From NCBI GenBank assembly GCA_910576555.1, contig CAJTIY010000005.1, positions 68,359 to 132,358 on the forward strand: a stretch of DNA of 64,000 bases. The letters are read 5' to 3'. Positions 10,364 through 20,800 of the stretch are shown in pieces. The position numbers and the translations under genes were made by a program. The DNA comes from an uncultured Alistipes sp. GTDB lineage: Bacteria > Bacteroidota > Bacteroidia > Bacteroidales > Rikenellaceae. The number at the start of each line of letters is the position of its first letter. The stretch's first letter is position 1. The notes beneath the pieces are model-generated. The model ran no database searches. It saw nothing but the letters and a program-made list of their open reading frames with translations, and had not been told where the DNA came from.

Positions 10364-11080
10364 CTACTTCTTGTATCGTTCGAGGTAGAGGGTGTAGAGT
10401 TTGAAGTGCTCGCCGATGGCGTGCTTGTACCCCTCCCGGTCGCCCTGTTTGATGAAGTCGAGCAGGTGGCGGTGGGTGACCAGCTCGCCGTTCTGCGTCA
10501 GCTCCCGCTCGATGGGTTCGAAGAAATCGCGATATTGCTCCTTCACGAAGTCGAGTACGGGGTAGATGACGTCCTGAAACTCCGAAATGATGCGGTTGCC
10601 CGTGATTTCGTAGAGCTTGGTGTGGAAGCGGTGTTCGCTTACGGGGGCGTACTTGTTGTTGCCGATCACTTGGCTCATCTCCACGATCTCTTCGAGTTCG
10701 GCGATGTCGGCCGGGGTGAGGTTGCGGAAGATGTTGTCGCTGATGCCCACCTCGAGCGCGATGCGGAATTCGAGGATGTCGCGCAGGGTCGTCTCGCGCA
10801 TCAGCAGCGGATTGACACAGCGCTTCATGCCGCCCAGCAGCGAAGGTTCGTCGAGCACCATTCCCTTCTTGGTGCGCGAGACGATCATGCCCGTCATCTT
10901 GAAGCGGCTGAGCGCTTCGCGCAGTACGGCGCGACCGACGCCGAGCGATGCGGCCAGTTCGGTCTCGTTGGGTATGCTGCTGCCCGGACGGAGCCCCTGC
11001 TCCTTGAAGTAACGGATCAGGCTCTCCTCCACGCTGTCGACGAGCGTCGTGCTGCGGGTGTCTAACTTCAGTACCTCCAT
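10364..11080 (-). CDS. GntR/FadR-family transcriptional regulator (probable repressor of the nan locus)
   Basis: wHTH PNETELAASLGVGRAVLREALS plus FCD-like domain EFRIALE...EHRFH. Confidence 0.9.
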   Translation of the reverse strand: MEVLKLDTRSTTLVDSVEESLIRYFKEQGLRPGSSIPNETELAASLGVGRAVLREALSRFKMTGMIVSRTKKGMVLDEPSLLGGMKRCVNPLLMRETTLRDILEFRIALEVGISDNIFRNLTPADIAELEEIVEMSQVIGNNKYAPVSEHRFHTKLYEITGNRIISEFQDVIYPVLDFVKEQYRDFFEPIERELTQNGELVTHRHLLDFIKQGDREGYKHAIGEHFKLYTLYLERYKK

Positions 11081-11097
11081 CAAACGTATTATTTATA

Positions 11098-11105
11098 CAA
11101 AGTTA
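11098..11105 (-). promoter_or_regulatory. -7 box (TAACTTTG) of an internal promoter for regulator-sialidase-sulfatase
   Basis: TAnnTTTG in the AT-rich gap upstream of the GntR gene. Confidence 0.55.
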
Positions 11106-11151
11106 CGATATTTTTCCCGTTCTTTCAATCGATTCGGATAAATAGGACGTT

Positions 11152-12708
11152 TTATTCGATGCGCCAGTCGAAAGTTTTGGGGCGCTCGATGCGCTGCCGG
11201 TAGCGGCGCCCGAAGGGATCGGTCACCGTGATGTCGAGCGTCGACGAGGGCGATGCGGTCCGTACGGCGAACATGTGGGCGTTGTAGGTGGCGAGGAACG
11301 CCGTGGGGCGCGTGGGCAGCGCGTCACGGCGGACGAGGCGGTAGAGCGGGTCGCGCGTCCATGTGCGCACGACCTCCAGTTCGCGCCCCTCCTCGCGGAC
11401 CGAGATCTTCCAGCCGTCGCTCCAGTTGTAGACGTTCACCAGCACGCGGTCGCTGCCGGGCTCGCCCCCGAACGCTTCGGGTACGCAGTTGAGGTCGTAG
11501 ACGCGGAACTGGTTTTTCCGGGCTTCGTAGCCGTTGGGCTTGAACTGCCAGCTGACCCGCTTGCCGCGGAAGCGGAAGATGTTGTATCCGCCGGGGGAGC
11601 CGTCCTCGCTCACGAGCCGGCTTTCGGGACCGTTGATCTTCCACGACACGGCCGAGGTCGAGACGAAGGTGTGCTGGCAGATCCGGTCGTTGACCGCGAT
11701 GGTGGCGAAGCGGTGGGTGTGGCCCGTGAAGAACCGCACGTCGGCGAAGCGTTCGAGCAGCGGCATCATCTGGTCGTGCAACCGCTGCATGGCGGGGGCC
11801 GTTTCGTAGGCGGCGGTGCCGTCCTCGCGGATCCCCGAGAAGCGGAAGATGGGGACGTGCATGCAGATGACCAGCGGCGTGCCGCTCTCGACGGTCTCCA
11901 GATCGCGGCCCAGCCAGCGGAGCTGGCGCTCGTCGAGCATGTAGTCGTTGCGCGACGCCGGCTTGCCCCGCTTCACGACGCTGCGGCGGACGATGACGTT
12001 GTCGAGCATGACGAAGTGGACGCGGCCCAGATTGAAGGAGTAGTAGTTGGGGCCGATCAGCTCGCGGTAGGGCGCCTGAGCCAGACTGTCCCACAGCCGG
12101 TCGGGAACCTCCATGTCGATGAAGCGCTCGTTGTCGTGGTTGCCCGGCACGTGGAAGAAGGGCGTGGGATAGCTCTTCATCGCGTCGAGGTACTTGCGCA
12201 GGGCGAAGTCGTTGCGGTGCCACATGATGTCGGTGGTCATGTCGCCCAGATGGATGGAGTAGACCGGGCCCCGGGTACGACGGATCTCGGCCGTGATGTC
12301 GGGCAGGTACCACCGGCGGAACTGCGGCAGGTCGTTCTCTTCGGGATCGCCGCGCAGGTGGGAGTCGGTCGAGATGAAGAGCGTGAAGTCGTCGTTGTCG
12401 ACCTTGCGCAGCTCGAAGTCGATGCGGTCGACCGCGCAGCGGGTCGTGTAGCCGAAGTGGCGGGGGATGAGTCCGTCGGCTGCGACTTCGTATCCCGAAG
12501 GGATGGAGACGAAGACATAGCCGCAGGGCTTCGCCGAGGCCATTTCGTAACGGCCTTCGGCATCGGTGCGGACGACCAGATCGCCGTCCGAAACGACGAC
12601 TCCGGCCACGGGCTCGCCCTGACAGGTGACGTACCCCTCGACGGTGGGCCGCTGTGCCCGGGCGGTGCATGCGGCGCAGAGGGCCGCGATCAGAAGCAGG
12701 TGTTTCAT
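11152..12708 (-). CDS. Calcineurin-like metallophosphoesterase with N- and C-terminal accessory domains, secreted
   Basis: True start MKHLLLIAAL at 12708; GVVVSDG N-domain; motifs DSH, LGD, GNHD, MHVP, GHTH; DGSPGGY; signal ARA|Q. Confidence 0.88.
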   Translation of the reverse strand: MKHLLLIAALCAACTARAQRPTVEGYVTCQGEPVAGVVVSDGDLVVRTDAEGRYEMASAKPCGYVFVSIPSGYEVAADGLIPRHFGYTTRCAVDRIDFELRKVDNDDFTLFISTDSHLRGDPEENDLPQFRRWYLPDITAEIRRTRGPVYSIHLGDMTTDIMWHRNDFALRKYLDAMKSYPTPFFHVPGNHDNERFIDMEVPDRLWDSLAQAPYRELIGPNYYSFNLGRVHFVMLDNVIVRRSVVKRGKPASRNDYMLDERQLRWLGRDLETVESGTPLVICMHVPIFRFSGIREDGTAAYETAPAMQRLHDQMMPLLERFADVRFFTGHTHRFATIAVNDRICQHTFVSTSAVSWKINGPESRLVSEDGSPGGYNIFRFRGKRVSWQFKPNGYEARKNQFRVYDLNCVPEAFGGEPGSDRVLVNVYNWSDGWKISVREEGRELEVVRTWTRDPLYRLVRRDALPTRPTAFLATYNAHMFAVRTASPSSTLDITVTDPFGRRYRQRIERPKTFDWRIE

Positions 12709-12782
12709 GGTTCGGGTTTTTCGTGGTCGGAAGGGCCGCGAGCGACGCGAAGGCCGCTCGCGGCCGCTTCCGAGGGTTGGTG

Positions 12783-15041
12783 TCATTTCGCGCGCACGCA
12801 CCGGATCTGCATGGCTTGGTTGCGGTATCCGAGGTCCTCGGTGTCGGCATAGACCTGCGAGGTGCCGAGGGCCGGTGCATAGAGGAACATGTAGCGGCCC
12901 GAAGGGCGGAAGTAGAGCAGCCCCGAGGCGAAGGAGGTCGCGGTTTTCGAAAAGGGGTTGGTCTTGTCGGCGAAGCTCCGGCCCGAGTACATCGAACGCG
13001 ACCAGAAGAAGGCCGCTTCGCGCTGTTCGACGAGTGCGCCCGAGGCGTCGCGGCGGCCTCCGCAGGGGAAGACGAGCGTCTCCATCGCGGCGTCCGACTC
13101 GTGGTCGGCCCAGTATTGCTCGATCTCCTTCTTCGTCGCTTTGGTGATGGTCGCCGAAGCGTCGGCCGGGAGCCGGTCGATGCGCAGGATGTTCTCGCCG
13201 CCGGTGAGGTACTCCTGCGTATCTTTGGCGTGGGTCTGGCTGTAGGGCGGCGGTGTGCTGGTCGGCGTGCCTCCCGTGTTGATCCAGCTGTAACGCACGT
13301 AGTAGGCGTCGGCGGTGCCCTGATACTTGATTCCGTAGTGGCAGAGAGTTTCGGTGCCGGCGCTCCATTTCCCCGAACCGATGCCGACGTAGGGCCGTTG
13401 GGGCCCCGAGGGCAGCATCTCTTGGGTCGACTGCACGCCCGTGGCGAAAATCAGCGAGTTCGGCCGGTAGAGCATCACCTGCGAGAGCTCCTCGTAGGTC
13501 GGCAGACGCCATCCCGCCGGGCAGGGGTTCGCCGTGACGCTCTCCCAGTATGCCGTCGAGCCGCCCTCGATGCCCTGCGGATTCCAGTCTCGGCTCTCGC
13601 CCGTCCATGCGATGAAGGCGGGGCTGGCCACGGCCTCCTCGGGGTTCATCTGCGCCGCGACGCATTCCACCTCGCCCGAGGCGGGGAAGGGCATGGTGCG
13701 GCCCCACTGGTAGAGGTAGCCGAAGCTGCGGATGTCGGAGGCGTAGGCCTGATTGGCGCGCAGCGTGGCGCCGATGGCCCGGTCCATCCACTCCGTGTCG
13801 CCGAATTTCACCGTCTTGATGTCGGCCAGACCCTGCTGGATGACCTCCACGGGCAGCGACGAACCCTCGACGCGGATGGTGAACACGGCCTTGCGTTCCG
13901 CGCCGGTGTTCTCCTGCAGCGTGCGGATGCGGATGGTGCTCCCGTCGACGATCTGCGCGTCGTACCAAGGCTCCTCCGACCGTTCGATGCGGGCCGTACC
14001 CTCGACGTTGAGTGCGTAGCCGATGGTGAATCCGTAGTTGGGCTCGGGGGTGAAGGGGAGCGTGACGGTCGCCTTGCCCGAGAGCCATTCGCCCGAGAGC
14101 TCGATCGGTTGGGTCGCTCCCTCGTTGCCGCTGCCGGTGAAGGCGGCGACGACCTTGCCGCCCTGCACGAGCAGCGAGAGCGTGTATTCGTAGTCGCCGT
14201 AGAGTTGGTCGTTCAGCGGTGCGACGCAGGTGAACTCGGCGTTGTCGAGCGCTCCCTTGATGTGGATGCGGGTTTGCGAGGCCGCCGCCGGGAGCAGGTA
14301 GAGCGCGAACGCCTGCCGGCCCGTGCCCAGCTGCGTCGCGGGCGCGTAGTCGGTCGTAGCGATGGTTCCCGACGGCTCCTCGTCGAAGGGCCGGAACGCC
14401 GCCGTGGCGCCCGAAGCCGCGATCTCCGAGAGCCGGATCTTCGACGGAAGGGTGTTCACGACGGAAACCCGGGCCACCGTGCGGCCCAGACATACGGGGA
14501 CCGTGGCCCCCTCGGCGCTGGCGATGAAGGTGTGCCCGGCCATCGCGAGCGGCGTGCGGGGCATGACACCGTCGGCGAGCCTCTGCGTCGCGCTCCGGCG
14601 GAAGTCGTCGATTTGCGTGGCGGGACGCTCTTCGGTCGCTTCGGCCGAGGTTACGGTGGCGGGAAGCGCGATGCTGCCCGATGCGTTGGCCACTACGAAT
14701 ACCTCCTTCTGGCCCGCCGTCGCGAGCGTGAGCTCGTGCACGCCGATGCGGTAGTCGCGGGTGCCGGGAACGGGCTCCGCTGCGGCCGGTGCGACCGACG
14801 TCTCGCGCCACTGGAGTTCGCCGGTGGCGACGTCGAAGACGTAGAGGTCGTACTCCTCGACTTTGCGTTCGTCGGCCGTGACGGCCGCACGGGTGGTGAT
14901 CATCTCGCCGCTCACGCGGATGTCGACGCGCATCTGCGCCTCCTGCCGGTCGTTCTCCGGGGCGCTGTTCCCGTCCATCAGATCGGGCGAGCAGGCGATG
15001 GCGAGCAGGCTGCAAAGGAGACCTGCGGTTCGTGTTTTCAT
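12783..15041 (-). CDS. Surface lipoprotein: fimbrillin/type V pilin-like N-terminus, BACON-like domain, FISUMP (Fib_succ_major)-like C-terminus
   Basis: Lipobox AIAC; TTRA after the propeptide; LYVFD, VFVVAN, L-x-R-x-VARV; ENTGAERKAVFTI...VIQQG; WMDRAIGA, GYLYQWGR, NPCPAGWRLPT, IRCVR. Confidence 0.7.
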   Translation of the reverse strand: MKTRTAGLLCSLLAIACSPDLMDGNSAPENDRQEAQMRVDIRVSGEMITTRAAVTADERKVEEYDLYVFDVATGELQWRETSVAPAAAEPVPGTRDYRIGVHELTLATAGQKEVFVVANASGSIALPATVTSAEATEERPATQIDDFRRSATQRLADGVMPRTPLAMAGHTFIASAEGATVPVCLGRTVARVSVVNTLPSKIRLSEIAASGATAAFRPFDEEPSGTIATTDYAPATQLGTGRQAFALYLLPAAASQTRIHIKGALDNAEFTCVAPLNDQLYGDYEYTLSLLVQGGKVVAAFTGSGNEGATQPIELSGEWLSGKATVTLPFTPEPNYGFTIGYALNVEGTARIERSEEPWYDAQIVDGSTIRIRTLQENTGAERKAVFTIRVEGSSLPVEVIQQGLADIKTVKFGDTEWMDRAIGATLRANQAYASDIRSFGYLYQWGRTMPFPASGEVECVAAQMNPEEAVASPAFIAWTGESRDWNPQGIEGGSTAYWESVTANPCPAGWRLPTYEELSQVMLYRPNSLIFATGVQSTQEMLPSGPQRPYVGIGSGKWSAGTETLCHYGIKYQGTADAYYVRYSWINTGGTPTSTPPPYSQTHAKDTQEYLTGGENILRIDRLPADASATITKATKKEIEQYWADHESDAAMETLVFPCGGRRDASGALVEQREAAFFWSRSMYSGRSFADKTNPFSKTATSFASGLLYFRPSGRYMFLYAPALGTSQVYADTEDLGYRNQAMQIRCVRAK

Positions 15042-15053
15042 GGGGCGATGTCT

Positions 15054-16337
15054 TTACTGGTTGATGTATGCGGTGATGGTGGCGGCGGGGATCTTGCGGA
15101 ACGAGATCTGTTCGTTGTAGTGTTTCGGTCCGTTTTCGTAGAGGATGCCTACGCTGCCGTCGGGGAAGACCACGATGTCGGAGTAGCCCGATTTGGTGGC
15201 CGTGATCTCGTAGACTTCGGATTTCCACGTGGCGCAGTCGTCGAGGCTGGCCCTGATCGAGAGCTTCTCGCGAACGGTGCTGTTGTTGCTCGTGGCCAGA
15301 ATGACGGAGGAGGGAACGCCGTCGGTGTTGTAGTTCGCGACCGAACCCTGACAGCCGGGGTCGATGCGCTCCGGCACGACTGCGTAGCGGCTCCACGTGA
15401 TGCCGCCGTCGCGGCTGAAGCTGCCGGCCCGCGTCTTCTTGTAGGCGCCCGTGCTGCGCATGTCGAGGTAGATGCCGCCGTCGGAGAGTTCGACCGGCAC
15501 GCACTCGTTGCCGTAGTGCAGCTCCTCGTCGAGCTCGAGCAGGTGCCATGTCAGGCCCTCGTCGTCGGAGTAGGCGATGTGCGAGCCGTAATAGTTCTCG
15601 TCCTCGGAATCCGCCGCGACGGGAACTCCGCCGAACCGTTCGTACTTGTGGTCGCAGCCGACGATCAGACGCCCCTTGTGCTCGCCCGTCTTGAGCTGGA
15701 TGGCGTGGCCGGGGCCCGCCTTGAAGAAGCCGGTCCATTTGTACTGTGTCTCGTCGGAGTTGCGCCCTTCGGTGAAGCACTTGAAGGGTCCGTTCCATGT
15801 CTCGCCCTCGTCGTCGGAGTAGAAGTTCACGACATGGTTGTGGTAGCGCTGCGCCTCCTCGAAGGTGAAGTGCCTGCTCCTGAATGCGGCCTCGGTGGTG
15901 CCGGTGCGCGCCCAGCAGCAGAAGACCACCAGCCGTCCGCTCTCGGTCCACACCGGGCAGGCGTTGCCGCAGGTGTTGTCCTCGTCGTCGAAGAGCACCC
16001 GCGAGGGGCTCCACGTGCGGCCTTCGTCGGTCGAGATGCGGTAGATCAGGTCGATGTCACCGCCGTCCTTGTTGGTCGTGCCCGTCTCCTCGCGCGCTTC
16101 GCAGAAGGCGAGGAGCCTGCTGCGGGTGCGCACGAGCCCCGGGATGCGGAAGTTGTGGATGCGGCCCGTGGGGTAGACGTAGCCCTTGTTCTTCCACAGC
16201 ACTTGCGTGGTCCCGGCCGCGAAGTCGGTCTTCTCGTCGAGGTCGTGCGTGGGCGTGCCGAATTCGAACGAATCGCCGCAGGCGACCGCCGCCATCGTCA
16301 GCACGGGGAGTGCGATATGCAGGAATCTGGTTTTCAT
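15054..16337 (-). CDS. Sialidase (GH33-like), lipoprotein
   Basis: Lipobox AVAC; NFRIPG; Asp boxes STDEGRTW, SDDEGETW, SDDEGLTW, SRDGGITW, SLDDCATW; GYSD. Confidence 0.88.
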   Translation of the reverse strand: MKTRFLHIALPVLTMAAVACGDSFEFGTPTHDLDEKTDFAAGTTQVLWKNKGYVYPTGRIHNFRIPGLVRTRSRLLAFCEAREETGTTNKDGGDIDLIYRISTDEGRTWSPSRVLFDDEDNTCGNACPVWTESGRLVVFCCWARTGTTEAAFRSRHFTFEEAQRYHNHVVNFYSDDEGETWNGPFKCFTEGRNSDETQYKWTGFFKAGPGHAIQLKTGEHKGRLIVGCDHKYERFGGVPVAADSEDENYYGSHIAYSDDEGLTWHLLELDEELHYGNECVPVELSDGGIYLDMRSTGAYKKTRAGSFSRDGGITWSRYAVVPERIDPGCQGSVANYNTDGVPSSVILATSNNSTVREKLSIRASLDDCATWKSEVYEITATKSGYSDIVVFPDGSVGILYENGPKHYNEQISFRKIPAATITAYINQ

Positions 16338-16350
16338 TGCGTGGGGAGTT

Positions 16351-17820
16351 TTAGTTGTAACCTACCGTCTGGCGGATGTTGGGGTTTTCGTTCATGCAGG
16401 CGTTGGCGATGGGCCACAGCAGGATGTTGGTCTGGTGCTGACGGCCGCGCAGCGATTCGATTTTGGTGAAGGCGAATCCCAGCCGGATGTAGTTCCACCA
16501 GCTTTTTCCCTCGGCGGCGAACTCCTTGAGGTATTCGTTCATCAGCGCCTCCTTGAACAGGTCGTAGTCGAGCGTCGCGTAGTAGTCGTCGACTCCGTAG
16601 GCGCGGCGGGCCACCCGGTTGAGGTATTCGAGGGCCGTGTCGGTATTGCCGCGTTCGTTCTCCAGTTCGGCCTTGAAGAGCAGGGCCTCGGCATAGCGGT
16701 AGAGCGGAATGTCGGAGATGAAGTAGCGCTTGTTGTCCTTCCACATTCCGGCGAACTTGTTGACCCACGTGTAGCGGTAGCCCTGCTCCTCGTCGGTCCA
16801 GTCGCCGTAGTTGACCGGGGTGCGCGTGTCGCGCGCGTCGGCGTACATCAGCTCGACGAGTCCCGGCGAGAAGATGTAGCGCTGGTCGTCGGAGTTCATC
16901 AGTTTGACGTGCGTCTCGATGTGCTCGGCCGCCGAGTAGAAGCGGGTCTGCGGCAGCAGGTAGACGCTGCCGAAGCCGCCCTCGTATTCGCCCATCGCCA
17001 GCCGGATCGTCAGGATGATCTCGGCGTTGCCCTTGTTGCCGATGTCGAATACGTCGGCGTAGGAGTCGAGCAGCTTGAGCCGTGCGTCGGCGAAGACCGC
17101 GTCGAGGGCCTCATCGGCGGCCGTCAGCGCCGCGTCGCCCCCTTCGCGGGTCTGGTAGAGCCAGAGGTTGTAGTCGGCCTTGAGCATCGCCACGGCGCTG
17201 CGCGTGGCGATGGTGCAGTCGGCGGCCGAGGCGGGCATGAGCCGCAGGGCCTCCTCGATGTCCTTCCCGATCTGCGCGTAGAGCAGCGAGGCCTCCGAGC
17301 GCGAGGGCTGGAGTTTGGCGTCGCTCGACTCGAAGCCGGTGAGCAGCAGCGGGGCGTCGCCCCATACGCGGACGATGTTGTAGTAGAGGTAGGCGCGCAC
17401 GAAGTGGGCGTTGGCCAGCACCAGCTCTTTGTCGCTCTCCGACGAGAAGGCGATCCCCGGAACGTGCTTGAGGATCAGGTTGGCGTCGTTGATGGCCGTA
17501 TAGGTCGAGCCCCAGTTGGTGCCTTTGGTTTCGCTGCTGTCGAGCCGGTTGGCGAACATCTTGTCGCCGGAGCCCGAGCCGCCGGCACCCCCGGTGAAGG
17601 TTCCCGCGCGGTAGTCGCCCCAGTAGATCAGTGCGGTCTGGAATACGGCGCGCATCTGGTGGTACATGCCGTACATGGCACCCAGAGCGTCGGATTCGTC
17701 GAGCCACATGTCGGGCGTGGTGATCTTGCTCTTCTGCTTGACGTCCATGTCGTCCAGACACGCGACGCTTCCCGTTGCGGCCACAGCCAGCAGTGCGAGG
17801 CGGATGAGTATGCGTTTCAT
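16351..17820 (-). CDS. susD: SusD/RagB-family glycan-binding lipoprotein (NanU-like role)
   Basis: Lipobox SVAC; YTAINDANLIL, AHFVRAYLYY...WGDAP, YRYAEALLFKAE, EFAAEGK; directly follows susC. Confidence 0.92.
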   Translation of the reverse strand: MKRILIRLALLAVAATGSVACLDDMDVKQKSKITTPDMWLDESDALGAMYGMYHQMRAVFQTALIYWGDYRAGTFTGGAGGSGSGDKMFANRLDSSETKGTNWGSTYTAINDANLILKHVPGIAFSSESDKELVLANAHFVRAYLYYNIVRVWGDAPLLLTGFESSDAKLQPSRSEASLLYAQIGKDIEEALRLMPASAADCTIATRSAVAMLKADYNLWLYQTREGGDAALTAADEALDAVFADARLKLLDSYADVFDIGNKGNAEIILTIRLAMGEYEGGFGSVYLLPQTRFYSAAEHIETHVKLMNSDDQRYIFSPGLVELMYADARDTRTPVNYGDWTDEEQGYRYTWVNKFAGMWKDNKRYFISDIPLYRYAEALLFKAELENERGNTDTALEYLNRVARRAYGVDDYYATLDYDLFKEALMNEYLKEFAAEGKSWWNYIRLGFAFTKIESLRGRQHQTNILLWPIANACMNENPNIRQTVGYN

Positions 17821-17841
17821 AGCGTTGGTTGCTTTTGGTGG

Positions 17842-20800
17842 TTAGAAGGTCAGCTTGATGCCGAACGAGATGCGCCGGATGGGGGGATAGTTGTAGAAGA
17901 CGTCGCCGTCGTAGGTCGTCGCCGATCCCTGCTCGGGCGAGATTCCCTGCGTCTCGGTGAAGTAGTGCAGGTTGTTGCCTGAGAGGGTGAACGTCACCCC
18001 CTTGAGGCCCACCTTCGTGAAGAGCCGGGCGGGCAGCGCGTACTGGAGCGTGATCTCGCGGATGCAGAGGTAGTCGCCCTTGTAGGTGAAGACGTTGGTC
18101 GGGGCGCGGTTGTAGTTGTTGTTGCCCCAGTTGGAGTCGTTGGCCCAGAACTTGGCGTACTTGGTCCGGTCGCCGGGTTTTTTCCACGCCTTGAGCACGT
18201 CTTTGGCCAGCGCGTAGTTGTTGGTGAACGTTCCGTAGAAGTAGCGCGAATAGGATTCGTCGAAGATCGAGTGGCCCATCGCCCAGTCGAGGTAGACGGA
18301 GAGCGTCCAGTTCTTCAGGCGGAAGGTGTTCGACAGACCCCCGGTGAAGGGCGGCACGGTCGTTCCCAGACAGAAGCGGTCGGCATCGGTGATCTGCCCG
18401 TCGCCGTTGCGGTCGGCCCATTCGTAGTCGCCCACGCGTTTGCCGCCGACCTGCGGATTGCGCGACTTGGAGTCGTAGTAGGCATTGGCCGCCTGCTCCT
18501 CGGTTTCGATGATGCCCGTGGCGATGTAGCCGTAGAAGCGGTTGAGGGGTTCGCCCTCGGCGATGCCGCCGAAGAAGGTGCCGTCGCCGAGCGCGATGCC
18601 GCCCGTGCGGTTCTTGGCGATGCCGTTGTAGGGCAGCTTGAGCACCTTGTTCCACTGGTAGCTCAACACGAGCTTCGAGTCCCAGCTGAAGTTCTTCTTC
18701 GCGATGTTGCGCGTGGTGAGCTCCACCTCGTAGCCCCAGAAACGCACCTTGCCCAGATTGGTCCAGAACTTCGAGAATCCGGTCGTATTGGGGAGCTGCT
18801 GCTCGTAGAGCAGGTTGCGCGTGCGCTTGTCGAAGAAGTCGGCGCTGACGTAGATGCGGTTGCCGAACAGGCCCGCCTCGAAACCGATGTCCAGCTGGTC
18901 GGAGGTCTCCCACTGCAGCTTCTCGTTGGGCATCTCCGAGGGTTTGATGCCTGCGTTGCCGTTGTACATGTAGCCGGCGCCGTACGAGCCGTAGGCGTCG
19001 TAGATGCCCACCGAGGCGTTGTTGCCCGTCGAGCCGTAGCTCGCGCGCAGCTTGAGGAAGTCGAGGCGCCGCACGCCGTCGAGCCACGGCTCTTCGGTCA
19101 GCACCCAGCCGCCCGAGATGCCGGGGAAGAAGCCCCAGCGGTTGGACTTGGCGAACTTCGAGGAGCCGTCCTCGCGGAAGGTGGCCGTCAGGAGGTACTT
19201 GCCCTTGTAGTCGTAGTTGAGGCGTCCGAAGAATCCGATCTGGCACTCGGCCTGCTCCGAGGTGGAGATGTCGTCGGCATCGAACGACGCCGAGCCGTTG
19301 ATGGTGGTCACTTTGTCCGACGTGCCGCCGTATCCGGCCAGCTTGACCGCCTCGTAATCCCGCCTCTGGTAGGAGTAGCCGCCCATGATCGAGAGGTTGT
19401 GCTGCTCGGCGAAGGTCTTGCGGTAGGAGAGGAAGGCCTCGAATTTCATCCGCTCGGTGAGGTTCTGCGACCACGACGACTTGCGCGTGGCGTCGTAGAC
19501 GTTGGCTTTGATGAACTGCTTGGCTTTGGTGTCGGTGCGGAAGAACGAGCCGTGGGCGTTGGCCGTCAGTCCGTCGACGATCTCCCACTTCAGGCCGCCG
19601 ATGAGCGAGAGGTAGTTCTTCTGGTTGCTGCGCTCGTAGTACTTGTCGTAGAAGAGGGGCGTGAGCGACGAGGAGTTGTAGCCCTCGACCGGCGAGCCGT
19701 CGTCGTAGTAGGCGTTCATCGTGGGCGGATTGGCCAGCGCGCGCGAAATGGTGTTGCGCTGGTTGGCGTAGGCCTCGGTGTTGGTGCGGGCGAAGTCGAC
19801 GCCGAAGCTGGCCGTCAGACGCCGCGTGATCTTGGCGTCGAGGTTGCTCTTGAAGTTCATGCGGTCGTATCCCGTCGAGCGGGCCACGCCCTGATCGTTC
19901 GTGTAGCCCAGACTGGCCGAGTAGCGCACGCGCTCGCCGCCGCCGTCGATGCCGAGGTAGTAGTTCTGCCACCAAGCGCCGTTGTAGAGCAGGTCCTGCC
20001 AGTCGGTGTCGCGGAACATGATCGTGCGCGAGGGATCCACCGGGTCGGGCATCGTCTGGTAGCCTGCGGGCAGCACGTCGGTCTCGGGGTTGTAGTAGCG
20101 GGTCGAGAATTTGCCGCCGGGTTTGTTGCCGATGCCGGCCGAGTGCTGCCCGTTGAGGTAGCTCAAGGCTTCGCTCGACCCTTTCGAGGGGCCGTTGAGG
20201 TACTCGGCGACCGCCGAACGGACCACTTGGATGTACTCGCGGGCGTTCAGGAATTCGATCTCGGTCTCGGTGTTCTGGTAGGCCCAGTTGGCCTCGAAGG
20301 TGATGCGCGGCGCCTTGTTGTAGCCGCCGCGCCGGGTGGTCACCAGAATGATGCCGTTCGACGATTTGGCGCCGTAGATGGCCGACGAGGCGGCGTCCTT
20401 GAGCACCTCGATCGAGGCGATGTCGTTGGGGTTGATGGCCGAGAAGTCGCGTTCGACGCCGTCGACCAGCACCAGCGGTGCGTTCGTGCCGTTGATGGAG
20501 GAGCCGCCGCGGATCTGGTAGGTGAATTCGCCTCCGGGCGTGAAGTTGGTCTGCGTGACGCGCAGACCCGCGATCTTGCCTTTGAGGCCCTCGCTCGCGT
20601 TCGAGATGGGGAGGTTCTGCAGCGCGTCGCCGTCGAGTTTGGCCACCGACGAGGTCACCGTGCGTCGCAGCTGTTCGCCGTAGCCGACCACGACCACCTC
20701 GTCCACGGCGATCATGTCGGCCTGCAGGACGATCCGTACCTCGGTGCGCTGCGAGCTTACGGTGACCTCGCGGGTCGCGTAGCCGATGAACGACACGGTG

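Noticed and set aside
11152..16014. 1620-aa giant ORF in the track
   Set aside because: Only the last 518 aa (from 12708) are protein-like; the rest is an off-frame stop-free shadow over the real lipoprotein and sialidase genes
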